A stretch of DNA of 62,844 nucleotides, filler included, from Choristocarpus tenellus KU-1152 (Eukaryota > Protista > Phaeophyceae), in the NCBI GenBank assembly GCA_964200185.2. It is 11 parts of 11 records of this genome, joined end to end, with 100 filler letters (N's around TTAATTAATTAA, not from the genome) between each part and the next. Parts side by side here need not be neighbours in the genome. Positions count along the whole stretch, not along the records: positions 1 to 3,549 come from CAXNAD020019327.1; positions 3,650 to 8,774 come from CAXNAD020011791.1; positions 8,875 to 19,698 come from CAXNAD020002688.1; 8 more parts are not named here. One strand, written 5' to 3'. The position numbers and the translations under genes are program-made. Shown here piece by piece: positions 1 to 11,290 of this stretch. The notes beneath the pieces are model-generated. The model made no database searches. It was not told the DNA's origin and saw only the letters and a program-made list of their open reading frames with translations. Within the stretch, counting starts at the first letter, position 1. Every line of letters starts with the position of its first letter.

Positions 1-2045
1 CCCAGCTCCTCGTCCTTGATCCCCCACATTGCTGCCCCCAGTGGGTATACCTCCACCCCCTTCCAGGATGGTCCGAAGCTCCTTGGCAAAAGACCGTCTA
101 CGTTCTGCACCTCCAGCGCTCTTGCTTTCGCTGCTTGCCGCATGCCCATCTGCCACCTGTCCATGAGGTTTGATTGCATTGTTCGTAAGCACGTTATTGG
201 AGGCATTACATACTACTCTTGCCGCGTGTTGGTTGAGTCAGATCGGTGGTAGAGCTGACATGAATTTTGGTTTGTGCATTGGGCAGGGTGAACGGGTGTG
301 TGTGGGTACACACATACGTGTCTGGGTACACACATACGTGTCTGGGCACTCTGTGTGTCGGTGCTCCTCTTGTGTGTCCGCAAGTGTGTTGTTTTGTTTG
401 AATACATGTACTTGTGCTCTTTTTTTACATTTGGTGCACACGGACACATGCATTTGACACCTGTTCCTGTTTATTACTTGTGTCAACAATCACATCCGGT
501 GGACAATTACACCTAACCACAGCAGTCAATCTTGGGGCAGGAGAAACAACGAACCACACAAACATGAAGGCAACACTGAAAGATTAGCACACCGAACAAA
601 CACACACACACACACACAATATTGCTGCAAAGGCCACCTGCAATGGCAGGAGGGGGAATGGATACAATTATTAAGTTGATATCCTCATCTCTCACTCAGC
701 CTTATTTCATTTTCTTTTTTCACACCTCCTAGAATCAAAGATCCCTACATGCACAGGAATATATCCTTCTTGTATGTTCCTCCCCAATAACTGTATCTGC
801 TTTGCATCAGTGCTTTCATACATTTTCGATATTACTCATCTCACCTGAACAAGCGCTTCGAGCATGCGAATGCCTCCAAGAATCCTTTCCACACCACCTC
901 CACTCCCACTCCCTCCTGATCCTTGCAACAGCGCAAGGCCCAAGTCATCAAGATCTCTGAGGAGGGCAGTGAACACCTTGCCAGGGGTTTCATCTCCCTG
1001 CTCCTCCACAGCCAATCGAAGGGACTGAACGGCCGTAGCTGCCATCTGCTCATCCCAGCTGCAGAGGCTGGGAAGGTAGGGCAAAGACCATGGATGGGAC
1101 CGTCCATGTAATTGGGGAGGGTGGGGAAGGTTGGAGTGGCCATTGTGCTGGGCCACGAAAATGATGATGGTTTGAGCAGAGGTGTACGTGCATGTACGCA
1201 CTGAACCGTGTGTGTACAATAAAGGAAACGAAGACAATGAGGTCACGACCTATGTAGGGTTGACCTATCTGCCCCTGCTTCAACTGTGCAACTTGAGAAT
1301 AAGTTGAAATGATCGGAAACGCAGTGATGCAGCAAATGAAACTGACCAAGGAAGAGGACTGGAGTCTTATGGAGTGACAGAGGCAAGCAAAGATGACACA
1401 CCGGGCAGATTAGGGTACGAAATTTGATAGGGGATTACTCTCGGCAACAAATAGCCTGGATGTCCTTCAACCGGCAAAGCGAATATAGCATTTACACAAT
1501 CAGTCCCTAGCCCTCGCCACGGATTGGGAACGTCCATGCTACGGCGAATCGGCAGTGATGACAATGAATGTGAGCGCAGAGATATCTCTCAACATAGGCA
1601 AGCAAGTGACGGGAATAAGACTGGTAAAGGGCGGATGAATTAACTGCTGCAAGTAGGAAGCGGATAGAGGTCTTGTCTGGTCACCAGAAACGAATCCACT
1701 CAAGTATTATAGCAAGAGATGTGGATCGTCATTGGACGCAAGAGAGGACCCAAAACATGGAACAAGACGATGACTTACTGTCTCCGAGGTGGGTTCGAAG
1801 TAAGCGAATGAAAATGGGTTAAACATTGCCAGAAGATTTGCTTTGACCGGGTGAAACGAATGAATAAGCAAAATGTGGAGAAAGCAAAGTAGGGTTTGGG
1901 GGGACTTCCACCCTTAAGATTAGGAACAAAGGTGCAGGGATAGATAATGTGGAGCTACAAATGAAGACAAAGCTCATTAATGTTTCTACAATGTAACTTA
2001 CCTAGGCCAAAAGGGAGCCAAGAGCGGGTGGTTATTGGCCGCCAT
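1..2045 (-). CDS. TOR-like (PIKK) kinase, N-terminal exons 2045-2002, 1058-845, 156-<1; truncated by contig end
   Basis: Phase-consistent GT-AG exons give MAANNHPLLAPFWPS-WDEQMAATAVQSLRLAVEEQ...VERILGGIRMLEALVQ-V...RRRSFAKELRTIL. By eye this parallels the TOR N-terminal HEAT pattern (ERKGGILAIASLI...RIGRFANYLRNLL). No kinase domain in the window. Confidence 0.5.
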
Positions 2046-2406
2046 GGCGTCGCCCTTGCGTTAATTGCCCAGTACTAGGTTGGTCAATGAAGTAGTAGGT
2101 CTTCACTGTAGTGACGATAAAATGAATCAAGTGGCAATTGCCTTGTCACGCGAATCTCACAGCAGCCCTACCAATCTATAACACGGCTCAGATCATTGTC
2201 TTTGAGCTGTATCGCTCATGGAGTAAAGTCTCCTGTCAGCCTGCTTTAACAGTCTTGAAGTCTCTCTAAAATTTGAGTAGGAAAAAATCTCAAAACACAA
2301 CAACAGTACTAGTACCAAGTAACGCCATCTTCTCTATCGTCTGGAACTCCCACAGTCCCTCTGTCAACAAAGAGTAACACTTCCCTGAACATCGTGTGCT
2401 GAGACC

Positions 2407-3147
2407 ATGCTTGCTCGGGAAGAAGAGGTTGATGTCGAGGTAAGGCATAGGTATGTACATGGGTTTCAACTGCCAAATACCTACCCTAGATATTGCGAGT
2501 TGGAGTAGTAGCCGGGGTTGGTAGCAAATATGGTCAATTCCACACCACTATAAAAAAATCAAACCCTTATTGTAAGAATTTTCATCTCCACTCCTCCTTG
2601 GATTGGTACGTGAGGCGTCGCGATAGTGTTGAATATCCTATTGCGCTTGAGGAGATGCGAAATGCTGTAGCTGATAGTGTCAAAGCTACTCTCTCTCTCT
2701 CACACACACACATAGCTCACAACAAGATCCACAAGTGATTTCCCACAGACACTGCACGTTCAGTGCTTGGACACTGGTTTTGGAAGTATCTCTTTGTAGT
2801 GTGCTAGAGAAGGGGAGCATGAATGTCACAGGTTGCACCAGGGTGGCCTCTCCGCTGTGCACAAGTGCATGGTAACCTCCTGTTGTTGCCCAACCCTATG
2901 GGGGAGGGAGAAACTGACAACTCCCTGGCGCAGAGACGAGGAATTTACATCCGTAAAATCCCTCCCTCTGCTTTTTCCCCTGCTACACCTCAGCGGGTAA
3001 CCTAGATCCATGGATTGACCCCAAAACCTGCTGACAACCTTGTTGTCTCTCCTAAAGGTGCGTTGGGAGGACCAGCAGAGCATCAACGAGTTTGGCAGGC
3101 TAAACACACGGCTGCAGGAGATAAAACAAGACAAGGCACATGTTAAG
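2407..3147 (+). CDS. PFDN4: Prefoldin subunit 4, first two exons (2407-2439, 3058-3147); rest beyond contig end
   Basis: MLAREEEVDVE|VRWEDQQSINEFGRLNTRLQEIKQDKAHVK matches the prefoldin-4 motif V.V..EDQ..IN.F.R.N.R; canonical phase-0 splice sites. Confidence 0.88.
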
Positions 3148-3549
3148 GTGAAATTTAGGATTTTAAACCTAGTTCATAGTATGTAGGCGTCCACCAGCTT
3201 CCTTAAACCTGATATTTTTGCAATTTGTGCATGCGTTGATTTTGTCCACCCCTTCCTGGAGTATTTCTTTGTACCTCTTAGTCCTTGCTTTTACGCATCC
3301 CAGTCAAATTTAAGAACCCCCCAATCCAATACACGCCTATGTATCTCCCTCCAATACTGTAATCGTTTTTTTCTCTGGGCAAATACCTCTAGGCCATCCA
3401 ACACCTTCTGAGTTTTTTAAGTTTTTCACCCTCAGGATTATTCTTCCTGTTGAGGACAGGGGAGGGGGCATGGCGTTAATCCGTACGGTGTGACACACTT
3501 GCTTCTGTAAGAAAATCTGATTTTTCTAGGACACCTATGTGCGGAAATG

Positions 3550-3649
3550 NNNNNNNNNNNNNNNNNNNNNNNNNNNNNNNNNNNNNNNNNNNNTTAATTA
3601 ATTAANNNNNNNNNNNNNNNNNNNNNNNNNNNNNNNNNNNNNNNNNNNN
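3550..3649. other. Artificial contig linker N-TTAATTAATTAA-N (also about 8775-8874, 19699-19798, 26625-26723, 31158-31257, 37051-37150, 44255-44354, 47523-47622, 51764-51863, 58235-58334)
   Basis: Near-identical ~100-nt N spacer with six-frame stop codons, repeated 10 times. Confidence 0.99.
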
Positions 3650-3753
3650 GGAGGTGTGCCGTTTGGACCTTAAGACCCCCCCCCCCCTCCCAGATACTTT
3701 AGGTCAGAGGCATATCAGTAGTGTACACATAACATTGTAATTACCAACCTTAA

Positions 3754-3863
3754 AGGGAGTGTTGTAGCTTAGCTGGTATTCAAATAGTAAATTGTCTTTG
3801 GAGAGGTATCTTTCACATTTGCAACTGTTCTCTTAGAGGGACGCTTGTGATATTGGTCTGACT
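3754..3863. mobile_element. Kolobok-like short non-autonomous element (TTAA-flanked)
   Basis: TTAA|AGGGAGTGTTGTAG...GACT|TTAA; 3722-3822 is an inverted homologue of 9041-9130. Confidence 0.4.
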
Positions 3864-4179
3864 TTAACCTAGACACATCTCCAAAATGTTAGAAGGCATA
3901 ATAATATATGGAAAGTGAAAGTTGAAAGCAGGGTTGACAGTTATCATACTGTTATTGCCATATGCAACATGCCAACATACCAATATAGGTTATTGTGAGA
4001 ATTTCGGTTCAACTGTGGAGGATCTTTGGAAGGACACGATTCACACGATTTACACATTAAAATAAAATCTACCTACACTCCACACCTAAATGGAATCTTC
4101 TCTACAATGGCTTTACCCCGGCAGAGGAGGCAATGTGGACAAGGGGTCTACGCTTGAGCCTCCATCCAACCCCTCAAGT

Positions 4180-4405
4180 GAGACGAAGTATCTTAGAGGG
4201 TAGGGCCATGTCCAGTTGGGGGTCAAAATCCAATGTTGTGATTTTGGTGTAATTTTGGCTGTCGTGTTTGTTAGGAAGTGTCTGTATACTTGTTCTGGAC
4301 ACACCTTTTTCATAACGTATACATTTGACCTACTCCAAAACATTTTGGAGTGGGAAAATATCATTTTAAAAAAACATGGGAAGCCAAGCCCCAAAGGGAC
4401 AAACG
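4180..4405 (-). mobile_element. MITE subfamily A, truncated
   Basis: GAGACGAAGTATCTTAGAGGGTA terminus and internal hairpin; cut off next to a LINE fragment. Confidence 0.9.
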
Positions 4406-4429
4406 TTTACTCAATGAAAAGGTGTAAGA

Positions 4430-4945
4430 GGCAAAGGGTGAACACTGGTCATGTTCGCACTTGTTTCAGAGCTGCCAGCCGAGTACAGCAGCACTGACAC
4501 AAGACCCGGCAACTGGACAGCATCTGCAGGAACATAGGCTCAGTTGTCCATTCAAGGGCGCTCTGATGCAGTTCCTAACCTTACAGGAAAAAGGAGTTAC
4601 TCCTGGATGTAACCTTTGCTGAAATACAAGCGGACAGACACCTCCTCAATTCATCAACCAACAGTGGTATTGCTACTGCTGCACCAGAGGCCTGAATGCA
4701 ACACCACCGCAATGGATATTTTGACCCGCACCGTTTTAACCTTAACACCTTCATGGTGGAAACCTTCGGGTGTCTTGGCATAAATGCAGAAGAAATTCTG
4801 GATGAACTAGCAGCTCATGTTGTAGGTGTAGGGGGGTGGTGTAATGGTTTGTTAGGAAGGGAGCGGTGAAGACACGCAAGAGATTGTATCAGTTACTTCT
4901 CAACTGGCAATCTCGAGGAGAATATTACGTTTCAAACTAGAGTCT
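4430..4945 (+). mobile_element. Degenerate 3' end of an RLE-type (CRE-like) non-LTR retrotransposon
   Basis: Interrupted translation LLLDVTFAE...AAPEA*...FNLNTFMVETFGCLGINAEEILDELA...IVSVTSQLAISRRI fits the restriction-like endonuclease C-terminus (DVT...F.VETFG.LG). Confidence 0.7.
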
Positions 4946-6549
4946 CCAGGTTGATGGGCAAGGAGAGGTGAGGCGAGGGATATGAGGGATTCTTCCCTTA
5001 CTTCTCGTCTACCCTGGTAGAGACAGTTTTAGTGCCTCTTGTTTTAAATGCACTATAATTCTGGTTATTGTATGATATAGTAGTCCTCTCCTGTTGTTGT
5101 GTTAGGGGTATTTCTTACGGTATTTCCTCTTCTTCAGACACTAATGTGCTATTAGTATGTCTTGTTGCGTTCTCCCCCTTCACAATTGATGCTTTTTCTA
5201 CACGGCAATCCCTGCAACATTTTAGTGTGCATAATAATATATACCCCAGAGTAAATAAGGAAGCACTAAAAACGTCATTCATTCGGTAGTTGATTGGCAT
5301 GTTCTGGACAAATCAAATAGTCTAGCAGGACATAGAATTTTGAAATACCCCTACTGTATACTCTCTACCTTCCCTGTCTGTTGTTTTTCAGGATGACTTA
5401 AGGGATTAGTTCGTATTGTAGAGTGAAATATTTCTCACTGGCAAGGAAAATGTGACAGAACACTCAGTCTTGTCTTGGTGAAAGATGTTTTAACGGTAGA
5501 CTGCCAAAATTTCACTAAGATCAGAATCAGTCTAACCCTCGTAAAGTATGATTGAACATGGTCGGTTGAGAACTGTCAGGGCTTTCAACCTGGCCAGCCC
5601 TTGGACCAGCCCTGGTGAAACATGGATTAACATGGACAGCCCAGGGCCATCGACGGTGGCAACTGGAATTGACCGTGGACCAGCCTATGACCCTGTTTTG
5701 ATATAGATGGCACAGACCTGTGTCTCAATCACCTCTCAGTTCATCATATCCTGATAACGGGGGTGTATCAGTCTTATTTCCTCCTCCATGGTCATGGAGC
5801 ATGGACGATGTGTATGGGTTAGGGATGAGGACTAAGAAGCCTCATGATGTAGAGTCAGTCCCCAGCGAGTATTATGCCACCACACCAAAAACGTTGGCAG
5901 CGTAGCTTCCTGGCGGAGCACCACCTCAATACTATCCACCAGATACAACATCAGGAGGGAGTTTGACGTTACCGAAAAGTTGTGGGCTAGCTCTGCCCTC
6001 AGCATGAGAAGTAAGGCATGAAAATAGTTACAAGAGAGGGCAGCAAATAGAGGAATCTGGAAAAAGGATCAACACACAGCTGCTGCTTACAGTTGAAAAT
6101 CATTGATATTATGAGAATATGCCCCCATGGTTCGGAAAGGAAAAAGTGTCTTATGTAGTTTCAATCGTTAAATTACAATCACACTTTTCCCTGCATGTTG
6201 TGATTTGCAATGTTGCAGGCAGGTGTATCACTTCAGCTCATTTCTGCATTTACTAGTAGGCGTGTAGTTAGAAAAGAAGAGTAGTGTGGGTTATGTAACA
6301 TTTAAACTGAGTAGGTATTGTTGGGCAACACCCTGAGTCACTTGTTTTTGTTCCTCTCGGTTGATGCTGTTACTACCGTTGTTGGCCCACTCACTCACTA
6401 ATAATACTACATAGATGCTGTGAGCAACTACTGAGGAAGTACTATTTCTAGATGTGTTAGTGCTTGTTCTTGCTCTTTCTCCCAGGACAATATCACCAAC
6501 ACTCTTTCATTCATTATTCAATTGTAGTAGTGGTGAGTCAAAGTAAACG

Positions 6550-6779
6550 AGAGGTACCCAGAGTTGCAATTTTGAGGACGATGACAAATGTATGCAAAAT
6601 TCGGCTTTTTTTTACAAATATGTACGGGATATTTTCTGAATTGTGTCGGAAAAGTTTTAAGCAATGGAGAAATAAACGCCCAAGTCAAACTTAGAACATC
6701 GTCCATAGAAGTGTGGGTGAATTACAAAAGATTGCAAAACAGACCTACAATGAAAAACAGCCAAATCCTGGGTACCTCT
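6550..6779. mobile_element. Small TIR element (separate MITE family)
   Basis: Perfect 12-bp TIR AGAGGTACCCAG...CTGGGTACCTCT; diverged relative at 43123-43365. Confidence 0.7.
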
Positions 6780-7687
6780 ACTTTACTCTGGCTTAATGGT
6801 CGTAGTGTTGGTTGGATATAGAATAAGAACCAAAAAATGAACCAATTTACCCACGCCTACCACTCCTTCTATTGGTCCTGTGCAGAATGGTCTCCACCAT
6901 GAGTGTCAGCATTGGCCCTGATAGGTATGCAGCCAGTTGAACTATGCATGGGTTGATCTGATGAAGTAAGTAATACGGTACAAAATCAACTCAGGCCTAA
7001 ACACCCCCGAACATTTAACAGAGTTAAGGTTACAAGTGTCATTCTTTCTCCTAAGATAGTCCAACATAGTGCATACGCACGCAGTGGTCTATTTTACCAA
7101 CTCATTGGGCAACCTCTAACACATGTTCCTGACATCATTTGGCGAGTGTATGACACGAATGTGTACATGCACAAGAAAGGTATGATGAAGTATAAGAACA
7201 ACAATGATTGGAAGATAATTTTTTCATGGTCATATTATTGTTTTTGAGGAGGTGTATGTAGTGTAGACTACTTTTGAATGATTGATATGCGCACATTTGT
7301 TTGATGCTGTGATGATCCTAAAAAAATAGAATTATGTTGTCATGGTGGTACAGAATGAACCAGCATAAGATATGGACAGATCCCCGTGGTGAGGAAGGCA
7401 ATGCAAAAACATAGTATCAGAAAGAAAGAAGAGAACGACAAGAATGAGGAATATGACAGAAAAGGTATGCAAAGAGAATGGGAATAAGAAAAAAGAAATG
7501 AATCAAAAATGCACAGAAAAAAAAGATTATTTGATACGTTGTGATGTTGGAAGACAGAAAATATAAATCTAGCAGGACAAAGTGAGGCTTGTTGTGGCAG
7601 TGGTATGAATGCTTTGGGCAGGCAAATATTATGGAGATGCAGGGACGATTGTAGTATTGTCACATTGTCCCTCTGTCTGTGCTCCTA

Positions 7688-8678
7688 CTACCTCTATGCC
7701 ATAAGTTTATGCCACGAAACATCTGGGCTGGTGGAGCGAGAATGGTGCCGAATCGGACGATAACCCCACAGAATGAAATAGGGTTGACAATCTCAGCTTT
7801 CAGAAAAGGTGGGGGTCGAGGATCATCCGGTACAAACTAGAGGTGCTTCAAGCTGTCAAAGTAGGGGTCTTTTGGGGTGATTTTTTGGCCAGAACTGGGC
7901 ACGTCGAGGGTCAGAACGTCGGCATGGCAACCCCCCCGTCGACCCCCCAGCGTAGGAAGGGGGCCCAAGTGTCCCTGAATACCAGGGTTGTGATTGCAGT
8001 GCCACACGCCCTCATGGTGGTCCCTGGTGAGCATAAACTGCCGCGACAGGTTCGCCGGCCCTTGCAGTGGAGTTTGGAGTGTCCAAGCATTATATGCGAG
8101 GGCTCTGGGAGGACGTCACTGATCAGCTCGCCCATGGCCACACGCTTGACCTAGGGGTGCCAGCACGTAGTGGGCGGTCTTCGGAGCTTACACCGACCAA
8201 GATGGCCGCGATACATAGTATCATCTAACTCCCCTGACCTCAATATCATGGATCTGTGCTTCTTCAGGTCTTTGAAATGCCGAGTGATGGGGGGCGGTTT
8301 GGGTCCGTCGAGGAGACGGTGAAGGTCATTAAGAAACAGTATGAAGAGTATGATGAAACCACACTTGAGAGGGCTTGGCAGCTCCTTTTTGTGGTGTACA
8401 ATCAAGTACTTAGATACAAAGGGGGGGATGACTTCAGTGTGGAGCACATAGGGGTAAGGAAGAGGCAGTTATCTGGGTGAGCTTGAAAACACGCCAAAGG
8501 TAGACATGGGGGCTTTTTCTGTGGCTGATAACATTGTGATGGATGGAGAGTAATAATAATAAAAAGAGCTAACCCTAACCAGAAATTTGCCAAGGATTCC
8601 AAATCTTCTTTCGGAAATGAATTTCATCATCTTTAAAAGTTATGGACAATACGGAACAGACTAATGGCAAGGAGGGAG
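7688..8678 (+). mobile_element. Internally deleted Tc1/mariner (plant/oomycete-type) element with transposase C-terminal remnant (about 8215-8480)
   Basis: NSPDLNIMDLCFFRSLK...FGSVEETVKVIKKQYEEYDETTLERAW...KGGDDFSVEH; right end GGAGGGAG|TA, degenerate left end TA|CTACCTCTATGCCATAAGT. Confidence 0.82.
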
Positions 8679-8707
8679 TACTTTCTCCCACATTTGATTA
8701 TTATCGT

Positions 8708-8774
8708 GAGTGAAACTATCTTAGAGGGTACGAATTTTTCCCTGTTTGTCCATTTGTAGGGCTTGGCTTGCCAT
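8708..8774 (+). mobile_element. MITE subfamily A, left part (contig end)
   Basis: GAGTGAAACTATCTTAGAGGGTACGA...GTCCATTTG. Confidence 0.9.
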
Positions 8775-8874
8775 NNNNNNNNNNNNNNNNNNNNNNNNNN
8801 NNNNNNNNNNNNNNNNNNTTAATTAATTAANNNNNNNNNNNNNNNNNNNNNNNNNNNNNNNNNNNNNNNNNNNN

Positions 8875-8946
8875 AACATCAAAATCGCAATATTGGATTT
8901 TGACCCCCAAATGGACGCGGCTCTACCCTCTGAGGTACTTTGGCTC
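8875..8946 (+). mobile_element. MITE subfamily A, right part (contig start)
   Basis: CCCCAAATGGACGCGGCTCTACCCTCTGAGGTACTTTGGCTC. Confidence 0.9.
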
Positions 8947-8961
8947 AGTGCAACAACTTAA

Positions 8962-9100
8962 AGGGACTGATGTATAGGACAGGGGGAGTAGGACACAGTT
9001 GGACTTTCAAGGATCCTTGTAAAGGTAACGGTTGCCGTAAAAGGATATCTCTCCAAACTCCATTTACTGTTTGAATACCAGCTATACTACAACACTCCCT
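8962..9100. mobile_element. Kolobok-like short non-autonomous element
   Basis: TTAA|AGGGACTGATGTA...TACAACACTCCCT|TAAA; 11/13 TIR match. Confidence 0.5.
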
Positions 9101-9293
9101 TAAAACTTGGTAATTAAAATGTTATGTGTAAATTGTTGCTATGCCTCCAACCTAGCTTCTTAGTCCTACACAACTGGGTGAGGAGCGCCATGAGGGAATA
9201 TCCAACCACCCTATCATTTCACAGTTATATATACCGATATATATATACAGAGATGAATAAAACTTCACGCCATGGAATGCCACACGAGAGACT

Positions 9294-10287
9294 TCATCCC
9301 GAAAGGCTCATCTTTGCCAAGGGTATCTTCACATTCCATCTTCCCCGCCTATCCGTGACTGTTATCTCATCAGGCTCTGCTTCTTCCTTTTTTCCATGCT
9401 CGACTTGGTCTTCTTCATCATCATAACACACAAGCGGGTGGGCAAGACTGCCGTACGGATTATCAGCCAAAAGCCTTGCCATGTCATAGGTAGCACCCAA
9501 AGCAAGAATGTATAGAGTGAATTTTGAGTTGTGAATATTGACTAATGACACCTTGTGACTAGGTTGGTGACCTGTTTGTATTATGGTGAAAAAGACAAAA
9601 CGTGATATCTTGATGTTTTCAGTTCAGATATTCACCTAATATATTGATTAATCGAACTGAACCTGATAGCACGGTCACCATTCACAACACCATTTACCTT
9701 AGACTTTGCATTTTGAGGCCAAGAAATGACGCAAAACTTGAAGCGAAAGTCGTTATCTCGGAACATCGCGCGAAGTTGACACATATGATGTAATATTTTC
9801 CGTTTTTCTCGATTGTTCCACATAAAAGATAGATGCAGTGTATTGCGTACGGGCCAAAGTATCTTGGAGGGTAGGACCTCGTCCATTTGGGGTCAAAATC
9901 CAATGTTGTGATTTTGATGTAGTTTTGGCTATTGCGTTGGTTGGGAAGTGTTAATATCCTTGTTCCGGACACATTTTCATGACTTACACATTTCAGTCTG
10001 AAAGTATCTTAGAGGGTACGAGTTTTGCCCTGTTTATCCATTTGGGAATGACTTCCCATGGTGTATTTTTATGACATTTTCCTACTCCAAAATGTTTCAG
10101 AGTAGGAAAAATGTATACGCCATGAAAAGGTGTGTCCGGAACAAGGACCCCAGAGATTCGGCTCCAATAGAGAGGAAGATTTTTTGTTGTGTGGATGCTA
10201 CAAAACTCTTCGCAAGGTTACCATGACAGTATACGTAGCTCCAATCCATGAGCCTAAACTGGCCGAACTCGAGACTCGCAGAGGGCG
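9294..10287 (-). CDS. Three terminal exons (10287-10222, 9697-9636, 9474-9294) of an unknown protein; possibly the 3' end of the 13070-16313 gene
   Basis: AG/GT sites join in frame: RPLRVSSSASLGSWIGATYTVM|VNGVVNGDRAIRFSSINQYIR|LLADNPYGSLAHPLVCYDDEED...TVTDRRGRWNVKIPLAKMSLSG*. Confidence 0.6.
9851..10147. mobile_element. Two abutting truncated MITE copies in opposite orientation (9851-9995 minus, 9996-10147 plus)
   Basis: Both begin with N5-AAAGTATCTT; the second carries the TTTTCCTACTC...GAGTAGGAAAA hairpin. Confidence 0.9.
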
Positions 10288-10559
10288 CTATAAAGGATAT
10301 GTCAAATATGCTGGATATCTCGCTTTCATCATTCGCTTTATTGCTTTGATGTATATAAAATGGACAGAACAAACAAACATGTACGACCTCTATACGGCAC
10401 AATATTCACTAAATTATACTGACAATAAATAGTGAAGTGCTAGGAAGTATAACATAGTCGATTGATAAAAACTAGGACCTAAAGGTTACAATGGCATTTA
10501 TGAAACGCCCACCGAGGTACATCGCCTGTGACACAGAACCTTCTTGCTCTCTCTGCCCG

Positions 10560-11290
10560 ATTTTCCTCCTTTGCTGACCTTGCACCTTGTGCACCACACC
10601 GTTGTCCTGCCAGTGTATGACTGAGTTGCAACCTGAACGTATTTGTATAGTGTCTGTATGAACTTCTCTTGCAACTCAATACCCCAAACTGTTCGATACC
10701 CATGCACCACCAACCTCGCTTGCTGACATTCCACCGTGCCTGATGAATGAAAGTATCTTAGAGGATACGAGTTTTGCCCATTTTGTCCATTTGGGGCTTG
10801 ACTTTCCATGGGTTCTTTTATGCCGTTTTCTTACTCCAAAATGTTTCGGAGTAGGTAAAATGTATACATTATGAAAAGGTGTGTCCGGAGCATCGATATT
10901 GACACTTCCTAACAAACACGATACCCACAATTACATCAAAATCGCAACATCGGATTTTGGGCCCCAAATGGACGCGGCTCTATCCTCCAAGATACTTTGG
11001 CTCTGATGCATCCACTTTCCTCGTGAGTACAATAAGCTTCACGAAAATATGTGTTGAAGTTATTGGTCTGGGGACTTGCCTTTGAGTGGTGCTTGTAGCA
11101 ATCAACCCACATAAATTGCTTCAAGTCATTAATTCCATGCCCTCCTTCAGCTTGATTGTCTTCTCAGTAAGCTTAGGGTACTAGGGGTAGTTGATTTGCT
11201 GGGATGTGCCCTAGTCGGACTTTCCCAATTCGTTCACATTAATATCTTCCACCAACCTTTCAACCACCAAGGTGGCTATTACATTTTACT
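10560..11290 (-). mobile_element. Old Copia RT remnant, interrupted by a MITE
   Basis: With the MITE and a 4-bp TSD removed it reads RKVDASGTVECQQARLVVHGYRTVWGIELQEKF (Copia KARLVA.GY motif). Confidence 0.7.
10745..11003 (+). mobile_element. MITE subfamily A, full length (259 bp), TSD TGAT
   Basis: Both TIRs, central hairpin, 4-bp direct repeat in the flanks. Confidence 0.95.

Noticed and set aside
3755-3830. tRNA gene (TAGCTTAGCTGGT A-box-like)
   Set aside because: No T-arm/B-box or acceptor stem; part of a dispersed repeat.
8708-8946. Left and right MITE halves across a linker as one element (also 47445-47643 and 51741-51952)
   Set aside because: The flanks give no matching TSD (CGT/AGT, TGA/AGC, GGA/TTG), so true adjacency is unsupported.
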